From Atractiella rhizophila (Eukaryota): a stretch of DNA of 58,670 bases. This document shows positions 24,657 to 36,708 of the stretch, one piece after another (the stretch's first letter is position 1; every line of letters begins with the position of its first letter). A program made the position numbers and the translations under genes. The notes beneath the pieces were generated by a model. The model was given only the letters and a program-made list of their open reading frames with translations, was not told the origin of the DNA and ran no database searches. The stretch lies in contig MU271327.1 of NCBI GenBank assembly GCA_021432655.1, positions 32,866 through 91,535 of the forward strand. The letters run 5' to 3'.

Positions 24657-25412
24657 ATGTCAACATCGGAGGTCAGTGGAGAACGCGAAGATGACGTTCC
24701 CAAGTTCCCTCCTCCACGTAGAAGGCACAACCCGCTTTCTGTAGGTCGCGGAATGGCATGTAATAGATGCCGTGAGCGGGTATGCATTCAATCTATGCCT
24801 CAATCTGAGAACAATACTCCATGCCTTATGGGATAGAAATCAAAATGTGATGGGGTCCGTCCCATTTGCGGCGCCTGTCACCGAACTGCAATCTCGCAGG
24901 GGAAGAACCCAAAAGAGTTGAATTGTACATACGTGGATCCAAAACCTTCGGGTGCGCCGAAGAAACGTTTGAGTCGTCGAGCACAGGAAGAGCTCCGAAT
25001 CGGAACTCTGGAGCGTCGAATAGGTACGCCTCTGCCGTCTTCCTTCCCCTCATCTGGAGACATGTTTTATCAATTAGACCATTTGGAAAGCAGGCTGAGG
25101 GAAATGCAGGACATCATGCGCATCGTCGTTCCCTCTGCTGCCCTACAACCGATCGAACGGGCACAACCTTTGACTCCATCGTATCTTGAGTCTCTTGAAG
25201 GGTTCAATGCAACTCCTGACCCTTCGACCGCGACTTCACCAGTGACGAGTACAACGAGTAGTATGAGCACCACCACTAGCGCTCAGGAACGCGGAAATCA
25301 AGATATCGACGCCATCCTTCGAGACTATGCGACAACTCTCCAAATGGCAGAGTTACCGCAATCGGGTGATGCTCCGTCAAATCATGAAGAACGGAGGCTG
25401 GAAGAGACGTAG
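24657..25412 (+). CDS. Small Zn(II)2Cys6 transcription factor, paralog A
   Basis: MSTSEV...NPLSVGRGMACNRCRER|KSKCDGVRPICGACHRTA...LNCTY, then coiled coil IGTLERRI|DHLESRL; two introns. Confidence 0.85.
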
Positions 25413-26672
25413 TTTGTGTTTTTTTGGGTTGCCTTCAACTGGAACAAAACCTTATGTATGTTTGTTGTGAGAGTCAGTGTTGCCTTCCTGTTCTCGATGA
25501 TCTTCCGCGTTCGGGAGGCATCAACTTGTGTTTAATATGTGAGCTAACCCAATCAGTTCCAATATGTATAACACAGGTCTGTCATAACCAGCATGCTTTA
25601 TGACGGGCAGCGCATCCATAAAGAAACCAAATAAACATCAGTTGATTAGCTTTGAGCGCTGGGAGACACCTGATTTGCATGTGATGTCAGCGACTCATCC
25701 AGAAACATTAACATTCATTGAAGCTGGTTATCCTGATAATTCCCAAGTGGACTGAATATCCTGGTTACAACATTAATTCAGAAAAATAACGAGGACTCGT
25801 TTGGACTTGTGGAAGAAGCGTCCTGGACCAAGAAACGAATATATCAGTATTGTCAGAGTCCAAAAGTGGCCGCTCTCCAAATCATGCAATGCTAGCAAGG
25901 TAGCTAGAGACAGCTCAAACCAGGACCAGTTCTGCCAGTCCGGCTGTCGTGATGCGTGACGCGGGCGGATGAGGAGTGAACTAGTGAATCATGGAGCGTT
26001 GAATTGGTCCTGCCAGCACGTGCACAACACAACTGCGAAAGCCACAACCTGAAAAGTACGATTGCTTGCGATGCAATTGATGTTGAGGATTTTTTAGGCT
26101 TCCACACACCTGTCCCTCGCTTCAGCCGGTTCGTGCATCCCGACACCTGCGAAGGTAACTGTAAATTGTTGCGATGGGGAGCCTTGTACTTCCGGTTCAA
26201 TAGAGGCCATTATCAGGCAGGTTATCAAGAGCTCCTTGTGAAATACTGTCTGCTGTATTTGGAACATCTCCGTCGTCTGCTTGCAGTACTTAGTCGCTAT
26301 TAATCAATCCTCTGCTCAATCCTCCCTGTTCACATCCGCGAGGTTCGGTCATAAATGCCGTCTCCAAGGACTGAAAGGAGAAATGGTGGGTCTTAGCAAG
26401 ATCAGAGCCTCTTGATAGCCTCTGATGGACTTTTCTTTAGATGATCCTCCATATGTTCGCGTCCTCTTGTTCGCTCGTTCCACAGTACCGTATTCGCCTA
26501 CGTTTAATCAGCGGGTGTCTAAATCTGCTCTGGACGGCTTCAAAACCTGAACAGTCCTTTCGTCAGATCCATCGCAGCGTCGCATGCTCTCGCAAATAAA
26601 CCCTCTTAAATCTGCTCCCACTTTACTGTCCCTCCTTCCTTCCACCACTTCCTTTCCCGAAAAATCTGAAAC

Positions 26673-28455
26673 ATGTCAAGTTATGGAGACCTGTTGCAGC
26701 TCCCACCCGAGGCCTTAGCAAGCCTGAGTAAGGTGCTGGAGGAGTCTAGGACTTACACAACCGCTGTTTGTGGTTAGTTGCGACTGTTCCTCCTCTTCCA
26801 TGACCTGTGGCTCAAACATGAAACAGCGATTTACTACTACGATTGGCTGTTCGCATATCATCCTTTGTCAAACACAATTTTTGACAGGTTCACAGAGTTA
26901 CGGCGCATCAAGAATACCGCATGATCTGGTGAAGTTCTCTACCCATTCAGCAACACCCGCCTAGTCTAAGATTCGCAATAGGAAAGGGCGTTCCTGGTCC
27001 CCGGTACGGATCGCATTTCTCGTCAATAGGCACTTCGGCCTCATATTCTTTGTACGCCCAAGATTTCCTTTCTCAATTCTCATGATTGCCTTGTTTAATG
27101 AAAATGACGATTGCTTCCTTAGATCTATCTTCTCGTGCTGTTCCGCTCAGACATTGCGGAGTCTGCTTGCAAAAGGCTACATTTTCTTCAACCAGCAGGA
27201 GCGGTGAAGTTTTCTCCTTTTTCTCCACATACAATTGCTGATCAAAGCGCTGTAGGCCGTTCTCTACCGTTCGTTTCCTTTCTTGTTCTCCGGACAGGAT
27301 CATTTATGAGCTCGCAGTTTCATCCGCGACGATACTTGGGTTTCGTTCCTGGGCTGTATGTCCAAATTGGCCTCCTTGCACTAAAGTTCTAAGCCTTGTC
27401 CATAGATGTGGGAACGTCGACCTTGGGTCGGATATCTCCTGTATCTTCCTCCTCTGTCATACATGCCAGTCTCAATACTTCCCGCAATAGTTGCGTCGCC
27501 GTTTTTGCAGTCTTCATTATCGAAATCGTCTGTTTCAGAACCGACGTTCCAGTCCCAATCCCTCCTGGAGATGTGTATGTCGCTCAGTTGATGGAACCGA
27601 GGAGATCTCTGACCCATTTCCTTTATTCAGTGGCTGTATCTCGAATGGGGGAGAAGGGGCCTTGAGGATTGTTTACTGTTCGTCTCTTTGCCTTCAAGAA
27701 ATGCTACTAAACAGTAATGCAGGGGCAGCACCTTTGTCTTTTGATCTGTGAGCTCCTCTTTAGCGTCCAGAGCTCACGGACTGAAGCCGCTCACCTGGTC
27801 TACAGATTAGCGCTCACTCTTACGCTCATTCCAATTCTCTCCTATTGGCGGAGAGGAGGTCGTATCCCTGTTCTCGAGCTGGTCCTCCGGTGCGTCCATT
27901 GTTGACTCCTCTTTCCTTGGGCTTGCCTCACCGCCTGTAATGCGATCGATTAGAGATGGACTGCTGTATTTTGTCGTCGTTTTCACGACTGGCCTCCTCA
28001 ATTTTATTTGGTTCGCCCTTCCCTCCGCGGTCGTCACGAACCACGCCTTGCACGCACCGCTCGTCACTGCCGCTACAAGCATAGCCTGCTCGCGGCTCGT
28101 ACTCAGCATGCGTGATTTCAATAGAGCCGCCGGCGCCAGCTCGTCAAGAAGTCACACTGCAGAGAGGGAAGGGAGCAGCAAGAAGGAACTGAAGCCTACT
28201 GGTCTCAAAATCCGGGTTCAGAGTATTAGTGAGAGCAGAGCAGATGGAGGGACTGGCACGATAAGGAATCCCCAGTGGCTTTCGCCCGACATTGTCAGCC
28301 CACGATTATCTCCTGAATCACAAATGGGAAACAAACTGGAGGTGGTGCACCTCGTCGACGATGGCAACAACAATTGGAAACATGGGACGAAGGACATTGA
28401 TTTGGAACATGGAAGAACTAGCTATGAGGATGATGGGAAAGGGACAGCGGTGTAA
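26673..28455 (+). CDS. Basidiomycete multi-pass membrane protein, DUF6533-like, multi-exon
   Basis: KGRSWSPVRIAFLVNRHFG-type segment, hydrophobic exons, and a last exon with RDGLLYFVVVF...SIACSRLVLSMR. Internal exon boundaries not fully resolved. Confidence 0.7.
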
Positions 28456-28899
28456 ATGCTCTGTTTAGATGACCTTTTTTGCTATTTAATGCTTGTCGTT
28501 TGTAGTACTCGTGTCTCTTGGCTGTTGGTTTTTGATCTCCTTCTGCCTATTACCTTGGCTGTAATTGAATCTCCTTGCGCCGAAAAAGAGTCAGTATTGC
28601 CAATCACCCTCCCAAAGCCTTGGCATGCTGTAAGGTATGAAGGAGCATGCTAGATGGTCAATGTGGAATGAGGGATGGTGTTCCCCGACATTAATGAAGG
28701 GGGCGATTGAAATTGAACATGCCTGAAAGACTTTCTGAAGAGATATAGGGGTGCTTTCTCGAGAGTAACGTAAAGTATCGAAATTATCAAAACTTAGGTG
28801 TTACTCTGTTGTATGCAATCTAGTAACACGCCACAAACTGTCCACAAATAACCACTTATATAGACAATAGCTGAAACACTATCTCATACGTTATGGAGG

Positions 28900-31760
28900 T
28901 CAGCATGTCACTAACCCAAAAACATGAAGAAACGCATCAACATACCGTCGATCCTTCAGTTCCCCACTTCATCCCCAGCGTCTTCCTCCAATGAAGGCAT
29001 CAAACTAACTTTAGTAGATAATCGCACTCTAGGCTTCATCATTGGATGGAATCGAGCATAAGATGCCCACACGTTGCACTGAGTCAATGAGTGAGCGCTG
29101 AGTGGGCACAAACCGACAGCTCACATGGTGTACCTGAAAACAGGATTCTTCGTGAGCAACGGATGGCACAGAAGTGTACTATGTGCTCACCCATCGAGCT
29201 TGGCAGCACGCAGCAACAGCAGGAACGACAAAGCCGTCCATTTTCTCAGGATCTGCGTCGATACCCAATTTCTGTATTGCTCGAAGCACGAAGTAGGCAA
29301 TAATTTGACTCTGTGGCAATCCTTTTGTTACCTCTCGAAAATACCTCCCGTCAAGTCTTGAACTAGAAATCATTGTCAACAGTTAGGCAGAATGATTTGG
29401 ATGGAGGCTTGCGGATCCATCAGGACCTGACGACAGCGGCGTGCCACTGGAAGGTTCATACAGTATTTGCGCAGCTCTTCATTGAATGCTCGCTCATAAG
29501 AATTTTTTATCACCTTCCTGGTTTTCAGCATTGGCCCCAAAGGTTTGAGAGCTGCTTGATTGATAGCTACTCTGTCCGATGGTGGAAGTAGGTCTAGGGT
29601 CCTTGAGCCGTTCAATGGTCGAAGTCGAGATATGGATGTCGGAACATAGTCCCCGCGGGGCGGTTTGGTTTTGCTTGATGGACCTGATACAGACCGTTAG
29701 TGGAGAGAGTAATTGGTCTTCAAGACTGACGCTTTGTAGGAACATCCGCCTGCGAAATAATTCAGAGCGGAATAGAAACTCAACATTGTACACACCTTCC
29801 ATGCCTAAACTTGTATCAACAAAATAACCGTGTTAGCGAAATGAAACCCGCACCTCGTTAAAGGATATTATGCCAAACACAGCTTGAGCGGCGTACCTGC
29901 CGAGTTCATCTACTTTGGCAGAGCAGCAACCAAGGGCTAGATTCGCCAGGCGCACGGCAATCCCGATGTCATGAGCATCAAAGTTAATGTCCCTGTTTAA
30001 CTGTGAGGACTATACACAAGGAACATGGACTTACCATCCTTCCAGGATCTTACGGGCGACTCCAGCCTCAGGAAAGCGCTCACACATGTCGTCGATCACG
30101 AATTGGAGTGACTTCCGAAGAAAATCTCGTTTGCCATCTCGTGTTTCCATACCGTAAATGGATATTTGACACGCTTGTTTTGAGTCCTCGAGCCATAGTT
30201 TGTCAAGCTCTTCCAGATTGCCTTCAACTTCTAATCGGTTGTATATTGTGTGGAATGCTGGACTAAGCAGGAAGGCAACTATTCAGTTTGGAGAGAGTTC
30301 GTGAAAATACCTTACTCATTCTTGACATCCTCCTTTGCCTGGTCAAGCAGAGACAGCATTCGTGGTCTAAGAACAAGTTTAATCCTGTCGCTCGCGACGC
30401 ACGACTTAACATACCCTTCCAGAACATCTGCGCTAAGGTCCGAGATTGCGATGCGAGTCATCAGAAAATCGTGGGTAAATACCTGAGAACAACAGCTTGA
30501 GTTGCCTAATAAATTATGAAGAAGATCCATTACTAGCAAATGACATTTGGTAAGACCCAGCTAGGTAAACATTATTGATGTTTGAGTCACAGATAGTTCT
30601 CTTCTCTCTGAACAACTTTGTTTTGTGCTTTATCCCAATTCCCCCGAACCATCCCAAAATCTGAGATTTCATAAATATGATCGGTGGATTTGCAAACCGA
30701 AATGAGGTATGCAAGTCGGAGCAACAGCACAGAATACATGCCAGGGTAAGGAAAAGAGGACTCACAAGCTATGCTGCGTTGACCTTTGCAGAAGTTGGAA
30801 GGAACACCAGTGCTACTAAATCCTTTCAACCTGTTGCTGTGATGAGACTTGCACGAACTTGCGTTCAAATTTGAAGGTTCGAGTCGGTTTGAGGTTGAGA
30901 GGTGTGGACGAGATCTGACGGATATGATGGACGGTACGCAATGTGCTCGTTGGCCAGAGCTATGCCTCGAGTTATAGGCCTTTCGCGCTGGGAGGAGTCA
31001 GGACTACAAGTACCAAGTGGTTAGCTAATTACAATTTTGTTTCGGTGGTGTGAGTTAGTCATAAAATAAAGTTGGATGTCATTGTGTTACTGCAGTGCAC
31101 TGAGGTCTCAAACGTTAGGTCCCTTGAGACTGATACCGCGCCAGCTGAGAATTGGATATATGTCAGAGTATTTGGGTCAGTGCTGGTGAATTGTCCTGGC
31201 AAACCGTTCACCTCGCGTCATACAAGGATTGGCAACTACTCTGCCAGCAACATGGAAGGTGACTCTGCAATTGTAAATGAAACAGATGAGCATGAAGCCT
31301 CTCTTTCAGGCCAGTTGGAAAAGATCACCCTGCAGAATCTTTCCATTGTGGGCAGAATGATCTTTATGCATGTCGGAGAAAGGATATCTAGCACCTCTGC
31401 AAATGTTGGATGAAACACCCTGGGCAGCCGTTGTAACAGAGGAGATGGCGGCGGATAATCCTTCGCCTTTGAGGAGGGTTTGGTGGAGCCGGTTGCGGAA
31501 GAGGGGATCGAGGGAGATACGGTTCATTGGGTTGCCTGACTTAAAGAAAGATATCTGACGTAATTGGTAGGTCGATGATGTTCTCCATGTCCTTGCAAAG
31601 GTCTACGCAGAGGCCATGTTTGTGCCACCTGTTTCTGAGGTATATCCAGGTCATCCTGGGCAAAAGCGTGAGGACAATTAAGTCGCAGGGGTGATGCGGC
31701 AGAGAAGGTGAAGATTGACGTAGCAACGGCTCCACCTGCTCTGTTTTCACTTCCTAGATG
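28900..31760 (-). pseudogene. Unidentified multi-exon gene of a repeated family, probably frame-disrupted (copy 1)
   Basis: Exon-like blocks bounded by GT/AG: ...LDQAKEDVKNE, YNRLEVEGNLEELDKLWLEDSKQ...RKILEG, DINFDAHDIGIAVRLAN, RTLDLLPPSDRVAINQAALKPLGPML. Homologous to 33406-34560 and 52490-53691. Limits approximate. Confidence 0.5.
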
Positions 31761-34700
31761 CCCCTCATTCTACAGAGAGAGAGGGGAATCTGTGCATGAA
31801 GTCCTCGACAGAATCAACTAGCTCTGCCTCTCTTTGCCATTTTCTGCTTGACGGAGCAAGGTGGCTGTCGGAGTCGCATGGCCCAAAAGAAGGAATGTCT
31901 GCAGACAAACCTATGGCGACAACTATCTCCCTCTCGTCAATGTCTCATTGTTTGTTCTAGGTCCGATCTCCTTCGAAATTGCAGAAAAATGTAGAAATCA
32001 ACTGTTATCCTTTAGTTGTCGTATTAGAGTTTGTTTATCATAATCAAAATTGTACAAGCGGGATATGGCTTACATAACCATCCGCATAGGTGAAACGTCG
32101 AAAGACAGATCCACACAACGGAATGGACTTCTTTTTAATATGCTCTCCGCTGTGTTTGGTGACACAGGAAGGAAGAAAGAACATCTGCGCTAAGGTCCGA
32201 GATTGCGATGCGAGTCATCAGAAAATCGTGGGTAAATACCTGAGAACAATAGCTTGAGTTGCCTAATAAATTAGGAAGAAGATCCATTACTAGCAAATGA
32301 CATTTGGTAAGACCCAGCTAGGTAAACATTATTGATGTTTGAGTCACAGATAGTTCTCTTCTCTCTGCGGGCCAAATATGCCCATACGTATCCAAGCGGG
32401 AGGCATGGGATGATATCTTTACGCGGGAGAGTTGCATCCCAGCTACCCGAAGTGTGTTCACACGTATCCGAGCGGGAGGCATGAGATATTTCTCAGCGGG
32501 AGAGGGATGCGCCAAGAACCCGGACCGTGCTCACACGTATCGAACAGGAGGCATGAGAATTTCTTAGCGGGAAGGGGTTGGTCCCAGCGGTATAACTCTC
32601 AGGGTCACATTCTTGTAACTCATACCATGTCGAACCCCAAAAGGAAAAGGGAAAGCTCCTCCTTCCTTGGTAAGTCAAGGCATTTAGAAACAGGATTGGA
32701 AGCACTGAACTTCTCAAGGATGGGAAAAGTGGAGAAGAAAACTCCAGCGCAGACAGCAACAAGTCAACCGGATCGTCAGCGAGTTCCTCTCCAAACCATT
32801 CCGCTGCTTCAAGCTCAGACGATTACCCCTCCCGAAATCTCTATTCCTTCCCACGTCCACCGATTAACGCTGAAGCGGGCACGAGTGCGAGTTCTACGCC
32901 ATTTCAGTTTCCTCGTTGATGCATAGGGGACTGTCCACGACGAGCAGCGGCAGTGATCTGGCATCTAGAGAGGTTTCCGATATCTCATCAATTCCGTTTC
33001 CCCGCGAACGACATGCGTCCGCTCCACCTCAAAGCGACCGTGACAACAGACGGTATCAAGCTCCTCCTCCGAGCCGTTCTGCTCCTGAACTAGGAGCCCA
33101 GCGAGGAGGACATCAAGGGAATGTTAGCCCCTCGGATGTCGATAGACCATAGGCTCCTTCTCCTCGATCAAAGTACGTCTCTTCATAAATGTGGCAAGGA
33201 ATCATTGCTCAGTGTTCACGGAACAGTCCTGACAGGACACAAGATGGTAATGAATGATGTGTCTCGAAAGGCATCAAATGTTGATAGGAGAGTTTAGATA
33301 TACAGCTACTTTGGGTAATATAATTATTTGATTAATAAGAAATCTGGACTGAGGAAGATCTCAGCCTGCTATTGCTGGGATACAAGCAGTAAGGAAGAAG
33401 TAATGAAGCAACTTTGTTTCGTGCTTTATCCCAATTCCCCCGAACCATCCCAAAATCTGAGATTCATAAATATGATCGGTGGATTTGCAAACCGAAATGA
33501 GGTATGCAAGTCGGAACAACAGCACAGAACACATGCCAAAAAGAGGACTCACAAGCTATGCTGCGTTGACCTTTGCAGCAGTTGGAAGGAACACCAGTGC
33601 TACTAAATCCTTTCAACCTGTTGCTGTGATGAGACTTGCACGAACTTGCGTCCAAATTTGAAGGTTCGAGTCGGTTTGAGGTTGAGAAGTGTGGGCGAGA
33701 TCTGACGCATATGATGGACGCAATGTGCTCGTTGGCCTGAGCTATGCCTCGAGTTATAGGCCTTTCGCGCTGGGAGGAGTCAGTGTCTACAAGTACCAAG
33801 TGGTTAGCTAATTACAATTTTGTTTCGGTGGTGTGAGTTAGTCATAAAATAAAGTTGGATGTCATTGACTGCAGTGGCACCGAAGTCTCAAACGTTAGGT
33901 CCCTTGAGACTGATACCGCGCCAGCTGAGAATTGGATATATGTCAGAGTATTTGGGTCAGTGCTGGTGAATTGTCCTGGTAAACCGTTCACCTCCCGTCA
34001 TATAAGGATTGGCAACTACTCTGCCAGCAACATGGAAGGTGACTCTGCTATTGTAAATGTAACAGATGAGCATAAAGCCTCTCTTTCAGGCCAGTTGGAA
34101 AAGATCACCCTGCAGAATCTTTCCATTGTGTGGCAGAATGATCTTTATGCATGTCGGAGAAAGGATATCTAGCACCTCTGCAAATGTTGGATGAAACACC
34201 CTGGGCAGCCATTGTAACAGAGGAGATGGCGGCGGATAATCCTTCGCCTTTGAGGAGAGTTTGGTGGAGCCGGTTGCGGAAGAGGGGATCGAGGGAGATA
34301 CGGTTCATTGGGTTGCCTGACTTAAAGAAAGATACCTGAAGTAATTGGTAGGTCGATGATGTTCTCCATGTCCTTGCAAAGGTCTACGCAGAGGCCATGT
34401 TTGTGCCACCTGTTTCTGAGGTATATCCAGGTTATCCTGGGCAAAAGCGTGAGGACAATTAAGTCGCAGGGGTGATGCGGCAGAGAAGGTGAAGATTGAC
34501 TTAGCAACGGCTCCACCTGCTCTGTTTTCACTTCCTAGATGCCCTCATTCTACAAAGAGAGAGGGGAATCTGTGCATGAAGTCCTCGACAGAATCAACTA
34601 GCTCTGCCTCTCTTTGCCATTTTTCTGCTTGACGGAGCAAGGTGGCTGTCGGAGTCGCATGGCCCAAAAGAAGGAATGTCTGCAGACAAACCTATGGCGA

Positions 34701-34961
34701 CAACTATCTCCCTCTCGTCAATGTCTCATTGTTTGTTCTAGGTCCGATCTCCTTCGAAATTGCAGAAAAATGTAGAAATCAACTGTTATCCTTTAGTTGT
34801 CGTATTAGAGTTTGTTTATCATAATCAAAATTGTACAAGCGGGATATGGCTTACATAACCATCCGCATAGGTGAAACGTCGAAAGACAGATCCACACAAC
34901 GGAATGGACTTCTTTTTAATATGCTCTCCGCTGTGTTTGGTGACACAGGAAGGAAGAAAGA
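30421..34961. repeat. Tandem duplication of about 1.76 kb (30421-32180; second copy 32178-34961 interrupted by about 1 kb)
   Basis: 32181-32367 matches 30424-30610, and 33406-34961 matches about 30611-32180 with scattered substitutions. AGA microhomology at the junction. Near-identical ORFs appear twice in the track (e.g. 31861 and 34642). Confidence 0.93.
32368..33405 (+). other. About 1.04-kb segment present only in the second duplicate; starts with three degenerate ~75-bp repeats
   Basis: Copy 1 reads CTCTCTG-AACAACTTTG contiguously, while copy 2 has this segment between the two parts. Repeat core CGTATCnRRCRGGAGGCATG...GCGGGA at 32387, 32463 and 32536. Confidence 0.7.
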
Positions 34962-35495
34962 CTTGCCGCGAGAAAGGCAGCAGTCGACAGGAAGAGATAC
35001 AAGACCAGGATATGGTGGCGTGTCTTGCTCTGCAATTCTGTTCTGAGTCCAACATACGGTAATGATGCGCTCTGGAGCTGGGACGCGTTAGCAGCGAGAT
35101 AGGTGGTGCGGAATCCAAGGGATGTTATCATCACGCGGGAAAATTAATCAGCTCCAATGTCCCTAGACTATTGCCAGTTCTAACGCCTATCTCTAGGTAG
35201 TGAAAGAATCGCTGCCAATAGGAATCACCACGAAATGGTCAGCAAGCGGCGAATTCGAGACGACCCGCGGAACGGCTTGAGGTGAGAATACATAATATCA
35301 GCTCAGCCGTGGGCCGGGTTCTGGAGATTCTCGTCCAGCGTGTCCACAAACATCTTGCATCGTTCTGGATGAAACAGGAGCAGAACCATAAAGTTCTGGA
35401 ATGATTTTGTCAGGCCAAGGGCTTCGGAAAGAAAGTCATGACCTTTGGTCAAATAAAAGAGAGATGCTGCCAGATATTATAGGTCACTTTTGGGC

Positions 35496-36235
35496 ATGGA
35501 GCTAACGGAGACTGAAGGAAGTGGGAAGCAGCCAGCGGATGGTGCCCCAACCAGAAGGAAACTTAATCCTTACGCTTTGGGTAGGGGGATGGCCTGTGCT
35601 CCCTGCAGAAAGAGGGTGAGCATTACCGCCCAACCAACAGAAGAAGTCTGGAAAACTGGTCTTTTCAGAAATCCAAGTGCGACGCCGCTCGACCAATCTG
35701 TGGTGCGTGCTACAGGGCCGCAGTATCTCAAGGGAAGCATCCCAGAGATATGAACTGCGTGTATGGAAGTCCCAGAGGCGGCGATGAACTGTCGCCACAG
35801 CAGGAAGAACCCAGGCAGCAAAGGCTCGACCCAGATGAAAGCATTCGAATGCTCGAGCTTCGATTAGGTAAGTTTGTGCGTCCGATCCAACAGCCCTCAT
35901 GCGCCGCAACAGATTCGGCACGAAGAAAAATGGATAATCTGCAGGAATTGTTGAACGCCCTCAGTCCGGGAACTCAATCAACCGGGATCGAAACACCACC
36001 TCAACCCCAATGTCAAGACTTCGCTTCAGGACAGCAGACAAGCTTCTCTTCGGAGCTTTCGGCGATCATGATGGTACCAAGCTCGAGTTGGGACTCACCA
36101 TCAGTGAGTGGCGATCCGGCCCCAACCCCCTCAAACACATCCCTTGAGGATATCCTGAGGAATTACGCTGTGACACTGGGTGTTGGCGAGCTGGAGGAGG
36201 AAGAGAATCGCGAGCACGAAAGACCATCAAGATGA
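35496..36235 (+). CDS. Small Zn(II)2Cys6 transcription factor, paralog B
   Basis: MELTET...NPYALGRGMACAPCRKR|KSKCDAARPICGACYRAA...MNCVY...IRMLELRL|D; same two intron positions as paralog A. Confidence 0.85.
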
Positions 36236-36708
36236 TTCGATTTTCTTGTCTGTCAAATTCAGAAGTCTCGGGGTTTTAGAATGTTGACTGGCTCTATCAT
36301 GATTGATATGGGCACAGATTATTGGTTATGCAACCGCCGGAATGAAGCACTAACGAAGCGGAGTCGAGCAAGGTCTATGATCGGCATCTCGTTATTCGCT
36401 ACGAACAGGGCGGTGTTAGTTGCAGTGCTGTATATAGTATATTCTTACCATTTAATGTTGATCATGGGCCTCCCGTTTCCTGGTTTAACTTAGCCGTTTG
36501 TGTCCCTGCGGTATTAGGGGAGTGGTCATATGGTTTTCTTGTCAAAATTTACACTTGAGAGCCACTATCAAATCCAAGTAGAATAGAACCAAAGAGAGCA
36601 GTCCTCACCGAAAAAGGAGTTGTCTATCACAAATTGCAACGGGAACAACGAACAATTGAGGCAAGTCCACAACGATGCAGCTGAGTTTTCAGGGTCCCAT
36701 AGACTCTG

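Noticed and set aside
25904..26303. ORFs of about 99 aa on both strands between Zn-cluster A and the DUF6533 gene
   Set aside because: No recognisable motif or consistent exon structure.
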